63,706 nucleotides of DNA from Isurus oxyrinchus (taxonomy: Eukaryota). A model generated the notes under the pieces. That model saw only the letters and a list, made by a program, of their open reading frames with translations, ran no database searches and was not told the DNA's origin. The stretch is taken from NCBI GenBank assembly GCA_026770705.1, contig JANJGN010000024.1, forward strand, positions 35,216,295 to 35,280,000. The letters run 5' to 3'. The translations under genes were made by a program, and so were the position numbers. This document shows, one piece after another, positions 11,696 through 25,234 of the stretch; positions within the stretch are counted from its first letter, which is position 1, and each line of letters starts with the position of its first letter.

Positions 11696-14180
11696 GGGCA
11701 GAGTTTCCCATTCTGGAGGCTGATTGCGTTCTGCATGCCGGAAGGTCGGAGTGATTCCCACCGGACGGCAGGGCGTGCGAGATTGTCTGCTTTTCAGCTC
11801 ATTATTTATGCGCGAACGAGCAACTTGTTGAACCTGGTGGTGGGGGTGGGAGGGCTGAGATTCACCCACCTCCACCGTTAATTCATGGGGCTGAAGGTCC
11901 AGCTGCCATATTTAAACAACATCCACACACACACACACACACCACACACACATTCAATCTCTGCAGCCCAGAGCCCAAGTCCAATGACGAACCTCTGGAA
12001 TCGGCCCTCAGGGAACTCTTGGAGCTCCAAACACGGGCAGGGGGCAACAGGCAGGGCTGTCAGAGGCCTTCAGCAGATTCGAACGAAGGTTGGAGGAGTC
12101 TGTCCCCGTTCTGTCTGATGTCATGGCACCGACATGCCAGTGCATCGAGGTCACCGTTGGAAAGGTGGCATTCGCCATGGAGACACTGGTCCACCAGATG
12201 TGTTGTCAGAACCACACACCTGCATTGTAGCCTTGAGTGAGATCCATCAGTGCCTAGTTGAGAGGGGGGTGGGACTCCCTCAGGAGTCCCTTCTCCTCAA
12301 GGAGTCAGGGAGGAGCACTCGGTCACCCAAAGGGAGGACCATCAGCTGCATGCCCCGGAGCAATCCAGGGGTGTCCTGAAGTCTCCTCTGCCTGTGAGCC
12401 CCATCAACTCCAGCTGGTCCGGCCAAGAAGGGTGTCCCTGCCCCTGAGCAGGAGACCCTTATCAGGCCAGGGCCCTCTAGGCCTGGTTCAGTGTCTGGTC
12501 AATGGTAATCTCCAGGATGCTGATAGAGGGAGAATCAGTGAGAGGCCTCCAGAGGACACATGCCAAGGTCATCTCAGACAACAGGGCATGGCAGTCAGCA
12601 GGCTGCCTCCACCTCTGCTGCAGATGTTGGGAATGCACCTGGACATGGTGGCAGGGTTAGAAAAGTTAAGAACCACAAAGTGTGGCACAGATGTTCATTC
12701 ATTGTATATGCTTTGCACATCTGTAAGTATATTTTGCTTTTCTGCCTCAAAGCCCCAGCTAGTCAATCACTCTTCCCTGTGATGCAATGTTCTGAGGTCA
12801 TCCAAGTGTAATGGATCCCCCCCACCACCACAGCATCCCCCCCAGCTTCCTCAAGTATCCCCCATCGTGTCCCTCAGCTCCATGGTGTCTCGCTCAACCT
12901 CAGCTCAGTCAGCCACTTTTATGTCCACAGAAGTTACCTGAACAAAGCCAGTTGCTCTATGAACATGGTGGTTGGAGAATGCACATGTAAGACTTGCATC
13001 AGAGTGGCCTCTGTGGCTATGTGGCCTCATACAATGTGGCCTCATGAGTGTAGATCTTGGAAAGTTTTTGATGATTCTGATGCTGCTTCACTGAACCCTG
13101 TTCTCTGTGGATGTTGTAGGTTTTAAACCCGACCCACCTTGGAGTCATTCCAACCAAGCGAACTTTTCAATGGCCTCCCTGTAATGACTATCAGTTTGGG
13201 TGTGGCTTATGGTGTAAGTAATCATCGGCCTTTCATACCAGCCTGCAGCGTTAACTCATGACCATGTTTACATGGCTAAACATTACCCCTATAATAGTTC
13301 TCATTCTACACCTGCATGATGCAGAGCAATGGATCTAATTCGCACTTGGTGACTCTTGAAATGACTGATCCATGGGCATGACTATGGGATGGTTTTGGTG
13401 TGTGCCTGGCCTCATGAAGCCTGGCCTATTACATGTAAGGATGCACCTAAAGATCTGGCTACTGTGATTTGACAGAATCCCTGTGCTAGCTGGTCATAAT
13501 GACAATTGACATGGTTATCTGATTGTGACAACGCCATCAGTTTCTTAGGCTTACTCGTACATCTCCCAATCTGCTTGAATAAAAATGTGAAGGCCTGTAA
13601 TGGAATGAGAGTGAAGCATTGCCCCAAGGGCTGTCGAACACTTATCCCCCCACCTCCACCGTCTTCCCTTAAACTGCCCCCACCCCAGTCATGTGTCTCT
13701 GTCCACCCCTCCCGTGCTCCAGTCACCACCCCCTGCCCGCCCCTCTCCAGGTCGAACACCTGTCTTCCACCCTATTCCCTTCCCGCTGCTCTTGCCTGAG
13801 CAGCTGTGGCATGGAGTGGGAGCAGCTGCGAGGACAGTCCAGCGACAGGCAGTCGGACACCACGCGTAACAAAACGCAAAGTCAGGAGCGAAATGCATTT
13901 CGCCAGGTGCGCGTCACTTATATTCGTCCGTGGATCAGGCGAGTCTAATAAAGCTGCTGGTGGGGCAAATAGATTCGGAGTGCGAACGTGATTTCAGCAA
14001 ACTGAACTTTTACTGATCATTCGTGAGATGCAAATGCAGTTCCCGACATGGAGCAGTGGAAAACGGCATGAAGGTCTGGAGGGGAAGATTCCAACTTATT
14101 TTCCCCCCCAGCAGAAATCTGACTTTTGCCATCGCTCCAAATTTGGTGCCCCTACCCACCGAGGACCGGAAAATCAGCCC
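11696..14180. mobile_element. PIF/Harbinger-type non-autonomous DNA transposon (~2.5 kb)
   Basis: Terminal inverted repeats GGGCAGAGTTTCC (11696) and GGAAAATCAGCCC (14168-14180), 11/13 match. GC-rich decayed interior with no intact ORF. Confidence 0.5.
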
Positions 14181-14339
14181 AGCAACTTGGCTGACTGTCC
14201 ACTAGCAGCATTGCATCCTATTGGTCATTGAGCCTGCCCTCTGGTCAATAGTCAGCCACTCCAGGGAGAAGCACAATGTGTAATTGTTCCCTACTCACTG
14301 CAGGCTTCTGTTCACCATTTCAATTCTGAGTTTTAAAAA

Positions 14340-14625
14340 TTCATTCATGGGAATGTGGGCTGGCTGGGCCAGAACTTATTGCCCATCCCTAGTTGCCCTG
14401 GAGCGGTGGTGGTGAGCTGCCTTCTTGAGCCGCTGGTACACCCCCAGTGCAGTTAGGGAGGGAGATCCAGGATTTTGACCCTGTGAAGGAATGGCAATCT
14501 ATTTCCAAGTCAGGATGGTGAGTGGGTTGGAGGGGAACTTGGAGGTGTTGAGTTTCCCTGAGTCTGCTGCCCTTGTCCTTCCAGATGGTAGCAGCAGTGG
14601 GTTTGGAAGGTGCTGTCAACGGATG
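14340..14625 (-). mobile_element. CR1/L2-group LINE 3' fragment
   Basis: Same tail family as 6745-7013. Confidence 0.75.
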
Positions 14626-15234
14626 GCAGGATTCATAAGCCAGCAAGAAAAATCCAGCCCAGGGTGCAGTCTCGCTCAGTGGGAGTGTTAGCCACAAGGT
14701 CAAGAGCAGCTTGGGTATTTTAACCCAATAATATAAATCCATTGATAGCACATTCTGGCACTTTCCTCCACTGTCCTTTCTCACCCCCTATTTTCTGGGG
14801 GCATCATCATTTCCTTTGGGGAATGCTGCCACAGATGTCAATTTGCCTTCCTTAATACAGGATTCTGGTGTTGGCACAGTATTCAATTGGGGAGGGTATC
14901 TCAGCCGAGTCCAATTCCATCCTCAACAGGCAACCAGATAGATCCGGAGTCAGTGATCAGGACTGTGAGCACTGACTGACTTGATTTTCTTCTCTTTGTT
15001 TATTTGATTGGAGGGGATTATAATGCTGTCTGTACCCAAAGGTTCACATATGGACAGTTTTATTCTCACTTTTTATTCTTACTCAGTATTTACAGCTGTT
15101 TAAAGGTGGCCCAGAGAATAAAATACAAAACAATAAACGGCTTGAATTAACACCTCTGGAACTGTGTGCTCCCACGGACAGCAATGAGACCGATTCCTAG
15201 CTCATCTGTTTTGGGATGTTGCTGAAAGGTTTGT

Positions 15235-15605
15235 TTTTCTTCGTTCTTCCATGGGATGTGGACATCACTGGCCAGGTCAGCATTTGGTCGTTCCTTGAAC
15301 TGAATGGTTGCTCAGCCATTTCAGAGAGCACTTTGCGAGTCAGCCACGTTGTTGTGGTCACGTATAGACCAGACCGGGTAAGGATGGCAGATTTCCTTCC
15401 CTAAAGGACATTAGTGAACCAGATGGGTTTTTACAACAATCAATGATAGTCTCATGGTCACACTTACTGAGACTAGCTTTATGTTCCAGATTCATGGATG
15501 AATTTAAATTCCACCAGTTGCCATGATGTGATTTGAACCCATACCCCCAAAGCATAACCTGGTCTCTGGATTACTAGTCCAGTGACATTACCACAATGCC
15601 ACCAT
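15235..15605 (-). mobile_element. tRNA-derived SINE sharing its 3' tail with the CR1/L2-group LINE
   Basis: Minus-strand head GGTGGCATTGTGGTAATGTCACTGGACTAGTAATCCAGA (A-box-like) and GGGTTCAAATC (B-box-like). Tail matches the LINE tail. Second copy at 39180-39475. Confidence 0.75.
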
Positions 15606-15989
15606 TTTCCCTGTGGGTCTGGACTGGAGAACTCTTTTCCCCTCATCCATAGTATTGTGAGTTCGACAATGCCAACCAAGCTACCTGAACAGGTAGACAT
15701 GAGGTTGGCACTAAGAGATATCAGACCTGTGTGCTCATCTTCATGTGCTGGTATAACAATGACAGTTTGAGCTCAGTGGTAAGGGGGGTCCAAGTGATAG
15801 AACAGGATAGACATCCACAACCATTCATAAATAGTCAGGAAAACAACATCTGGCCCTTTGAGCCTATTCTGCAGGGTTGTGATGCCTGAAACATCAGGAT
15901 TAAACACGCTTACCTATAAGGAACTTTGTGTTCTCCTGGGAGAGGCAATGAAACGGACAAAAAAAAACCAAGGTCAATTTTGGGGAAAG

Positions 15990-16285
15990 AAATCCTCTCA
16001 AACCACTACCATCAAGAAGGGCAAGGGCAACAGATAGATGGGAACATCGCCACCTGCAAGTTCACCTCCAAGTCATTCACCATCCTGACTTGGAAACATA
16101 TTGCCGTTCCTTCACTGTCACTGTGTCAAAATGCCCTTACAGCACTGTGGTTGTACCTACATCACATGGACTGCAGCGGTTCAAGAAGGCAGCTCACCAC
16201 CACCTTCTCAAGGGCAATTGGGGATGGGCAATAAATGCTGGCCCAGCCAGCGAAGTCCAACTTCCATGAATGAATTAAAAAAAAG
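15990..16285 (+). mobile_element. CR1/L2-group LINE 3' fragment
   Basis: Same tail family, ending CCATGAATGAATTAAAAAAAA. Confidence 0.75.
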
Positions 16286-17799
16286 ATGCCCTTGGGCAAT
16301 CAATACTAATCCAGGAGATCACACTGACCATGATTTGTGTTAGCTAATATTCCACCTAGCTCTTTGTAGGCGATCTTGCCCTGGACTATGAACTGCTCTA
16401 GCTAGCTTTCAACGGTTTGCTGTGAATGAGCCGCCATTACATGAGCTGCCAACTTTCTCTTCATTCAGATTTTGTTTCTTCCACTCCCTCTCTCTTTCCC
16501 AATTTTTCTCCAGCTCTTTCTTTCCTCATTCAGTCTCTTTCTCTCTTATTTGAGCTCCTTTATTCACGTTCATCCTCTCTCTATATATCCAAATTCTGTT
16601 CCTCTTTTCTCCATTCCTTGCCTCATTCAACTCGTTCTCTGTTTTATCTTCTTTAAAACTCTTGCTGTTACCACAGATTATCTCAATCAATGTATGAACT
16701 CTATAAAGGCTGAGGCTGGAATGTTTACACAATCTTTTTTAAATTCTTTATTCACAGAATGTAGGCGTCGCTGGCAAGGCCTGTGTTTATTGACTATCAC
16801 TAGTTGCCTTTGCCAAGCCAATGACATTAATTAGCACAGTCCTTTGGTATGATCCAACTAGTATTCTTTTACATGTCTGCGGGTTACAGTCTAATATTGG
16901 TTAATTTAGGTTGGCTTGTGATCAGTCAAGTGTGACTTGATGAGCTGTAATTATAGTAAGTGTTGCTGCCAGCATCTTGAAATTTTAAGCCTCCTCACTG
17001 ACCAGCTGCCTGTGGAGGCCCAACAAGTGTCTGAAGCTCACCAGCCTCACCTCCAATATTGGGTGGGCCTGGGGCCTGGGGCCTGCCCAGTTCAGGCACA
17101 GGAATCCCAGGCTGGTGTGAACCAATTCCTAGGCCAATGTTCTGACTTCCAACCTCACGGTGCATCAACTTTGACGCACTCACCAAACAAAAACAACCCT
17201 TCCCCAGCACGGAAACTGTGTTCATGCAAATATAAAATTCTGTGAATACCCCTTATTTTTTCTCTATAAATGAATCACACCATATAACTGAATTACATAA
17301 ACATGTTATAGATGAATGTTTATACAATACTCCTTATTATTTTAAACATCCAATTTAATCTGATATAACCCCATTCCTTTTGTTAATTAGCCTCTACAAT
17401 TATTTAAAACTTTGCAACATACAATTCCATGTAGTTTTTGAAATACATTTATTTCAAATTCTGTGCATTTTTCTCCAGTATTTAATCTACTTTACCTTTA
17501 TATTTACTAACAACTCCTTTGCTCCCTAAAGCTAACTAAAATGTATACATTCACCATTTCCATGTCAATCTTTCGCTTGTCATCAAACACATCATCCTAC
17601 TTTCAATGAGTCACAGAGCCACAATATATTGATACAATCGCCACCAAATCTTTTACCAGGGCTTGAGACAAAGTGTAGATGAAGTGTCCAGGAATTGGCA
17701 CAATACCAGCTCCCCACTCAGCCCTGAAGAGCTTCTGTTGGGGCCAAAGGTGGGAAATACTTCGACACATATGCTGGAAGACCCCATCAACAAGAAAGA

Positions 17800-18200
17800 A
17801 TTAATGAAAAAAGATTTGCACCCTTTACAATCTCAGGAATCCCAAAGTGCTAAAACCAATCAAGTACCTTAAAATATATTTTGGGAAATGCCATAGTCAA
17901 TCTGCGCACAGCAAGCTCCCACAAAGAGCAATGTGATAGTGAGGAGATCATCTGTTTTAGTGATGTTAGTTGAGTGATAAGTGTTGGCCAGAACAAGTAG
18001 AACTCCTCTACTCTTCTTAGAATAGTAACATGGGACCTTTTACGTCCGCCAGCCAGCCTCGGTTTAACAGCTCATCTGAAAATCAGTAGCTCCGACAAGG
18101 CAGCACTCCCTCAGCACCACACTGGAGTGTCAGCCTAGATTTTGTGCTCTGTCCTTTGAAATGGGAGTTGAATCCACAACGTTCTGACCAGGATAGAGTG
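17800..18200 (-). mobile_element. Deu-domain SINE, decayed
   Basis: CCTCGGTTTAACAGCTCATCTGAAA...GCAGCACTCCCTCAG is the reverse complement of the Deu core; B-box-like sequence near 18165. Confidence 0.6.
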
Positions 18201-18825
18201 GCCAGCCGTAGGGAGCAGAGAGATGTTTGTAGGACCAAGAGGGGCATTCAGGATCCACAACAATCAGGGCCACGCATCTCTTTTGAGAGTTTAGGAGCAG
18301 CCTTTTAACTTTTAAAAGCCATTGATTAAGCTGCCCTATACACTGATACAATCGATTGTGATACCCAGTATTCATTTTACATCTCTTGTTACGTGAAAAT
18401 TCTATCGGCACCTGGAAACTGGTGCAGGACTCCAATTTACATACTTAAATAAGGCTCCTTTCCACAGGCCTGTTTTGGGCCATTTCATTTAAAATTGGAT
18501 CAGGCAGTCTGGTGATCAGGAAATTTAAAAACTCATTTGCCAACCACCCTGTTTTCAGCATGAAAGGCCAGAGATACGTCCCACAGGAACGTTAATGGGG
18601 CTACCAACCTGAGAATTTGAAGTATTTCTAATAACTGTATACACTCAATATTACAGTAATGACTCTTGTCCTGATCTCCAAATATTGCTTAAAGACAGAA
18701 GAAATTGGGGTAGGAGTAGGCCACACAGCCCCTCAAGCCTTCTCAATTCACCTTATTTCAGTTTCACAGTGACTTTTAGACTCATTCTCGGGATGTGGGC
18801 ATTGTGGCAGAGCTGAAATTTATTG

Positions 18826-19001
18826 AAAACAAAAACAGAATTACCTGGAAAAACTCAGCAGGTCCGGCAGCATCGGTGGAGAAGAAAAGAGTTGACGTTT
18901 CGAGTCCTCATGACCCTTCGACAGAACTACAGTTCTGAGTTTTTCCAGGTAATTCTGTTTTTGTTTTGGATTTCCAGCATCCGCAGTTTTTTTGTTTTTT
19001 C
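18826..19001. mobile_element. Miniature inverted Penelope insertion (hammerhead + tail on minus strand, tail on plus strand)
   Basis: 18826-18928 is the reverse complement of the pLTR end and 18934-19001 is the pLTR tail in forward orientation. Flanks GCTGAAATTTATTG and GCCGATATTTATTG (12/14) look like a TSD. Confidence 0.8.
18890..18928 (-). ncRNA. Minimal type I hammerhead ribozyme (CUGUCGA variant)
   Basis: Same 39-nt motif as 8693-8731. Confidence 0.75.
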
Positions 19002-20815
19002 GCCGATATTTATTGCCCATTCCTAATTGCTCTTTAGAACATAGGAACAGGAGTAGGCCATTTAGCCTGTCAAATGAGAAGGTTGAGATAAGACTCCTCC
19101 TTGAACAACCGCAGTCTAGATAGTGAAGGTGTTCTAAAGCGCAGGCTATTAGGAAGTTCCGGGTTTCTGACCTAGCACCGATGAAGGAATAGTGATATGA
19201 ATCCGAACAGAGATGATGTGGTGACTTGGTGGAAGAGTTGAGGTGATGGTGCTCCCATGGACTTGCTATACTTGTACTTGTAATTGATGGTGACCAGGGA
19301 TTTTGGAGGTGCAGCTGAAGGAGCCTTGGTGGGTTGATGCGGTGAATCCTGTAGCTAGTACACAATTTAGCCGAGGTGTGCCTGAGGTGAAGGGATAGGA
19401 TGTTTAGGAGATGGATGAGCTGCCAATGAGACAAACTGCTTTGACCTGGATAATGATCTGTGACTAAAAATGATCTTTAAAATATTTAGCATAGGAAACC
19501 TGTATTTTGTGCAAGTCTGCAACTGCAATATGTTCTTATCGTGCTTTATCCAAAAGTCTTTATTCGAATCAAATCAATTGCAGCCAAAAGGGGAAAAACT
19601 GCTTATAGCCACAAGATTACACATCCTTAACCTCCTGCAAAACAACAGAGGGTTGAATCACACCACCAATTACCTCAATGCCTTCCTGCTCAATGTACTT
19701 CCTACAAAACAGACAGTGCCTTATACCTATTCTTAAGCAGCTATAATTCACCTGGAGTAACCAAAAAAGAAGCCTAAACTATTATTTAATTGATGAACTT
19801 TCTACTTTCAAAGTGGAGGAAAATATTCCACCAGATACTGAAGATGTTGATCAGATTATGTCATCCAAATTGAAGTTATTATAGTTGGCCACTCTAAAGA
19901 AGAAGCACCTAGAGTGATAACCAAAAATGTGGGTGGCAGAAATGTTCTAGGTCGCTTGGATTTGAACTTTACTAATTGCTTTATGCTTCATCAAAACCAA
20001 CCCTGAAGATTTCAATTCCAGCAAGTATAACCGATACAGTTAATACAATCTTTAATCTATGGAGGGAGTTTAGTTGTTGCTATTTTAAAACTAATTTGCC
20101 TTTCATGGTTTACCAAGACAAACGGTTACCTTGTGGGAACAATATTTTGCTGAAAGTTGGGGATGGATTCAGACAGTAAAGTGTGAAACTAAATTTTTAT
20201 ACAGCAAGCGATGAAATGACAGAGACAAAAACCTCAAAAAAGCAACATGCAAGTCCAGCAGATAATGACCTACTTCTGTTACTTTAATCTTTAGCAAGCA
20301 GTAAAAATAAGAAACGAAATTGTCATTGTAATTGAATCGAGAGGTTGAGATTGTGTTGTTCAATACACTGACAACTCGCCAGATGTAGCAAATTGACTGC
20401 ACACGTGACAAATTGAAATTCTCTTGAAGAAACTAGTGACACTAAGGGATAGTAACTGAAGAGCTTGGTTTTGCTTAGCCGCTGCTTGGTGTCTTTCACA
20501 AAACTGTTGAGATGCATGAGTCGTGGGCAACACTGCACTGCTGCCCATGAGGATTGAAATGTCCAATTTTGACAAACTGCAGCGGTGCAGCGATATCCAA
20601 ATATGTTCAGCCTTCACCTTAATGAATCTATTGAAAGGATTGATTTATGGAATAGAGTGCTACTGATGTAAAAGGTCATCACAGGTCACGAGCCAAACGT
20701 TTGTTAAACGTCTGGAAACTGTGTTCGGATGGCACGTGACAGAGTGTAAGCAAGGCAAGATTCAGATTACAGAAGCCAATGCATAGAGATTTGTTGATTC
20801 TTTTTCCCTCTCCTA

Positions 20816-21376
20816 AGCCGGGACTTTTCCCATGGCAGGCGGGCTGAGGTGGGCACGGAACTGATCGCCACCCGCGATCGGCAGTGCGCCGCCATTTTAC
20901 GTGGGCGGGCCAATTAAGGCCAGCCCAGCGTAATATGCGGCCGGCAGCACTCAGCACTACCTGTGCGGGCAGGGGGAGGAGGGGGAGAGTCGGGGCCAAT
21001 TTTCTTTCGTGCATGTGCGCAGAGCTGCCCCAGGCAGATTGAATGGATCTTAATAGGATTGAATAAGTAAATTAAAAGTTTATTTAAACATGTCGCCTCA
21101 TGTGATTGTGTCATGACGTTTCCTGAAAAACGCAAAGGCCGCTTGTGCCTTTCACCTGCCCGCCAACCTTAAGTTTGAACAGGCAGCATTCTAAAGTGCT
21201 TTAATTACACTCTTAATGGCCTTAATTGGCCGTTGACATTTCAGTGGGCATGTGCTGGAGTTGGCTGTGCGGCCGCCGGACAAAATATCAAAATGGCGTG
21301 CGATGACATCGGCTTGTCATTTTACACGTCAGCGTGTCGGGCCTGGCTCTGCACACCAACTGGAAAATTCTGCCCC
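20816..21376. mobile_element. Harbinger-type MITE (~560 bp)
   Basis: Ends GGAAAATTCTGCCC. Interior is homologous to 50346-50955 and, inverted, to 32711-33300 (CGCCGCCATTTTACGTGGGCGGGCCAATTAAGGCC). Confidence 0.75.
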
Positions 21377-22194
21377 TAGTCTCCTAATATATCTCAAAAT
21401 AGAGACTGTTTACTCTGAATGAAATGTGTTTTGTTTTTAATAAATTGGAGCACAATATCATGGACAGAACACTTCAGTTAACAGATTGCCAATACTTTTT
21501 GAGAGTGTATACAGTTGGCTTGCTTTGTGGACCAGTTGGATTGCAAAACTCTTTTTGAAGCTGTTCTTCTAGCTCAGTCAGTGTGTATATCAGTCTTGAC
21601 TGCTCACAGTTCTAAACCTTAAACATATTTTCAAAAGATTGGGCATTTGTTTTGTTAATATTGCAGACATTTTGTATCATGGGCCACCACACTTCAAGGA
21701 GAGCTTCAGAGAGTCTTTGAGAGTCTGTGCTCCCCTAGAATGCTGGTCAACAGTAGCTCTAGAATATTCTGGCGAATCTGTGTTGCACCCTTCCTCCAAA
21801 GTCAATATAACCTTCCTGACATGCCCAAAATTAAACACAATATTCAGATGTCTATCCAGAGCTCTGTACAGCTGCAATATAATTTCTAGCCATTTGAAAT
21901 TTTGTTCTCTCAAGAGACATTCCGCACTTAAATTACTTAAAAATTGGCCAAGCATGTATCATGTATCACTGGATGACTAAACATTTTTTCATAATTACTA
22001 ACAACTGCTGGTAGCAAAGAAAAGAACAACACAGGGCAGAGCATAACAGAGCATAACTGGTGTTAATGATAACACTTAATATTTCTGGTTCAGAAAAAAA
22101 AAGCAAAATTCAGGGGTAATGAAATGCAAGAAGTGTGATCATTTATAAAGTTAGGAATACAGCTTTAGGACAAAATGGGATTTTTTATAAAAAA

Positions 22195-22835
22195 TACTTT
22201 CACAAGATGTGGGCGTCGCTGACCAGGCCAGCATTTATTCCTCAACCCTAATTGCCCTTGAGAAGGTGGTGGTGAGCTACCTTCTTGAACCGCTACAGTC
22301 CATGTGGTGTAGGTACACCCATGGTGCTGTTAGGGCAGGACTTTCAGGATTTTGACCCAGTGACAGTGAAGGAACGATGATATATTTCCAAGTCAGGATG
22401 GTGTGTGGCTTGGAGGGGAACTTATAGGTGGTGGCGTTCCCATGTGTCCGCTGCCCTTGTCCTTCCAGGTGGTAGAGCATGGGTTTGGAAGGTGCTGTCT
22501 AAGGACCCTTGTAGATGTTACACACTGCTGCCACTGTGCGTTGGTGGTGGAGGGACTGAATGTTTAAGGTGGTGGATGAGGTATCAGTCAAGTGGGCTGC
22601 TTTGTCCTGGATGGTGTCGAGCTTCTTGAGCGTTGTGGGAGCTGCACTCATCCATGCAAGTGGAGAATATTCCATCACACTCCTGGCTTGTTCCTTGTGG
22701 ACAGGCTTTGAAGTCAGGAGGTGAGTTATTTGCTGCAGGATTCCTAGCCTCTGATCTGCTCTTGTAGCCACAGTATTTATATAGCTAGTCCAGTTCAGTT
22801 TCTGGTCAATGGTAACTCCCAGGATGTTGATAGAG
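22195..22835 (-). mobile_element. CR1/L2-group LINE 3' fragment (RT C-terminus + tail)
   Basis: ORF 22499-22870 contains ILGVTIDQKLNWTSYIN...RSVMEYSPLAW, typical of the non-LTR RT thumb and C-terminal region, followed by the shared tail. Confidence 0.85.
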
Positions 22836-23087
22836 TTGATTTGTTGCCCAAGTTCTATATACAAATACATATAGCATAAGGAACATAAAAAAACAAATTA
22901 GAAGCGCTAATCCGTTTTAAAGGATATGATGTAATGGCCATCACTGGTTACAAACTGAGCATGAAATATTCCAGGTTATATGGTCTCTGGAAAGGACAGG
23001 AAAATTGGAAAAGGAGGAGTAGCAATATTGATAAAGGATTCTACTGCAGTATCGGAAAGAATGATATATGACCAGCCAATAGACTTT

Positions 23088-23683
23088 GGGCCTGATTTTC
23101 AAATGTCAGTGGAGTCAGGATCTGGAATAGGCACAATCTGAAAACTGGGGCCCTGAGATTCATTTCAGGATTCTGATGCCTTTGAAAATTTCAAAGGGCT
23201 GGTGGTGGGTGGGGGAGGAAGGGGGTGGGGTGTGGGAAATGGGAAACCCATTTGCCACCAATTAATGGCCCATTCGGTTGGGAATGTGCATTTTAATATT
23301 TATTTTGGCCAACCCAAAGGGTGAAATTTTACAGCCCCACCTCGTCGGCGGGATTTTCCCATCCCGCCAAAGTCAGTGGGCTTTGGAATGGCTCGCTGCA
23401 TGTTAGGGTCCTGCCCCCTGCCACGACACGGCTGTAAAATTCTGCTCAAAGAGTCTGGCGCATTTTAGTACCCAGCTGTCGGGTTTATGGCGGGGACACC
23501 AGAAAGCTTATCTCTACTCTTGGAGCCAGAAGTTTGATGGCCAATAAACTATTCCTTTTCTTTGTTTGAACTGCTACTTTCCACCATGTTTCATCTCCTG
23601 GCCTTTTAAGGTTCTGCCTCCTCTACATAGCAAGGCAGTGGCAAGACCCAACTTGCCTGACCCTGCTTTGAAAATCTGATCCT
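23088..23683. mobile_element. Harbinger-type MITE containing a nested 129-bp MITE
   Basis: Termini GGGCCTGATTTTCAAA and TTTGAAAATCTGATCC. Confidence 0.5.
23319..23447. mobile_element. 129-bp MITE
   Basis: TIRs GGGTGAAATTTTACAGCC and GGCTGTAAAATTCTGCTC, with AAA on both flanks (3-bp TSD). Confidence 0.7.
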
Positions 23684-24709
23684 AGGGGGAGAATCGAGGA
23701 ACAGAAAAGACTTTGGTGCGAGTTTACAGACAACCCGATAGCAGCAAAATAAAGTAACAGGATTGCATAAACACAAAGGTCAGGCAGCTTATTGCAAAAA
23801 CAGTGACTGCAAAGGGAAATTTTAATTTTCAGAACAGTTTGAGTCCCAAATCTAATGTATTCAAGACTGTTTCCTGTGAAAGGTATACACTTAAACCAAT
23901 AAGAGAAAAAAAAATTAAACTCAATGCTATCTAATGAATTTTAATTATTTAAGGATCTCATGGTAAGAGGGTACCTAGAAATTTGTGGCAATAATGTGAA
24001 CGAACTTAGGTTTAAGAGGGAGAGGTTTTAAATTTAGCAAGTCTATATAGAGTATCGTACATAACAGCTCTACATGTGTAACGGTCAAAAAGAGAAGTGA
24101 GAACGGGTATAAAACTAAAAGGCTTAGATAAATGCAAAGAACAGAAGAGATATAAAGAACAGCAAAGGGATATAAAGGAAGTAGTAAGAGCTGCAAAGGG
24201 GAATATGAGAAAAACATATTGCAAGGGTTATCAAGGACAACACTAACATTTTTTCCAAATATATTAAAACATAAATGGATATGGATAACATGGGGCCTGT
24301 GGAGGCAGACACAGATATTGGAATTGAAAATAGGGAAATGTCAGATTTATTTATCTTGTATTGATCTTTAAAATAGAAGAAGAGAATAAAATACCAAAGA
24401 TAAGAAAAACTAAAAATATGTCACGGGAGAAAGTTAGTAGTTTTAATATGACTAAACATGATAATAATGGGGAAAATAATAAGACTAACGATAGCAGTCT
24501 CCAAGACCTGTTGTTTTCTACACAGGCTATTAAAAAAAGCAGATGAGGAAATTACAAATGCTTTAGCCATGATTTTCCACAAATCCCCTGAATCAGAAAT
24601 TGGCTCTTTGAATTGGAACATTGCCAATGTCTCGATGATGCAATAAAATTCAGCTGAAGTGCTTCTGATGTTCTTTTGCAACCTTTTGTTGCAACCATTT
24701 CACCTGATA

Positions 24710-24880
24710 CGGCTGCTGGAACCTCAGTTTAATGACTTGCCCAAAAGACATTACCTCTGGAAGTGCAACACTCCCTCAGTACTGCACTGGAATGTCAGCC
24801 TAGATTCCATGATCTGGACTGAGGCTCAACCCACGGCCTGCTGATAGTGAGGCAAGAATACAACCACTTGGCCACAGCTG
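24710..24880 (-). mobile_element. Deu-domain SINE 5' part
   Basis: CCTCAGTTTAATGAC...GTGCAACACTCCCTCAGTACTGCACTGG...GTCAGCCTAGATT, homologous to the other Deu copies. Confidence 0.55.
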
Positions 24881-25234
24881 ACATCCTGACAGCAAGTGTT
24901 AACATTAAACTAAATGACACCGTAATTTTAGTGCATAGTGTAATTCCAAATCTCTTCAGATTTATACTTTCAGAACCAACAGGTTAGATTCTAGCCAGTT
25001 GGCCTAGCCTCACAGTGCCCTTAGTGAAATAGGCCTCAGTTAACCCAACATCCTGATAGGTCATTGAAAGTTAGAAGGATGGCAGACTCAACTTAAGGAT
25101 GACACTTTTTGTATTATTTAAACATTGATGGGGCAATACCTGCGTGTGGAAATCAAACATTAAAAAATTAACATGGATCTGCACAAAACCAGTCAACTTG
25201 GTCGCAAAAATGGCTTTGCCTGTGTATTTTTAAA

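Larger units (their letters stand above)
18780..19455 (-). mobile_element. Decayed CR1/L2-group LINE 3' fragment, interrupted by a Penelope fragment
   Basis: Tail motif GGGATGTGGGC...ATTTATTGCCCATTCCTAATTGC is split by the insertion at 18826-19001. Confidence 0.6.
22880..24650 (+). mobile_element. Highly decayed CR1 ORF2 (APE-RT) remnant interrupted by MITEs
   Basis: LEALIRFKGYDVMAIT...KDRKIGKGGVAILIKD near 22900-23040 (APE) and LLKKADEEITNALAMIFHKS...WNIANV near 24530-24630 (RT start). Confidence 0.6.

Noticed and set aside
15560-15605. tRNA gene
   Set aside because: Only a degenerate A/B-box SINE head; no cloverleaf or acceptor stem.
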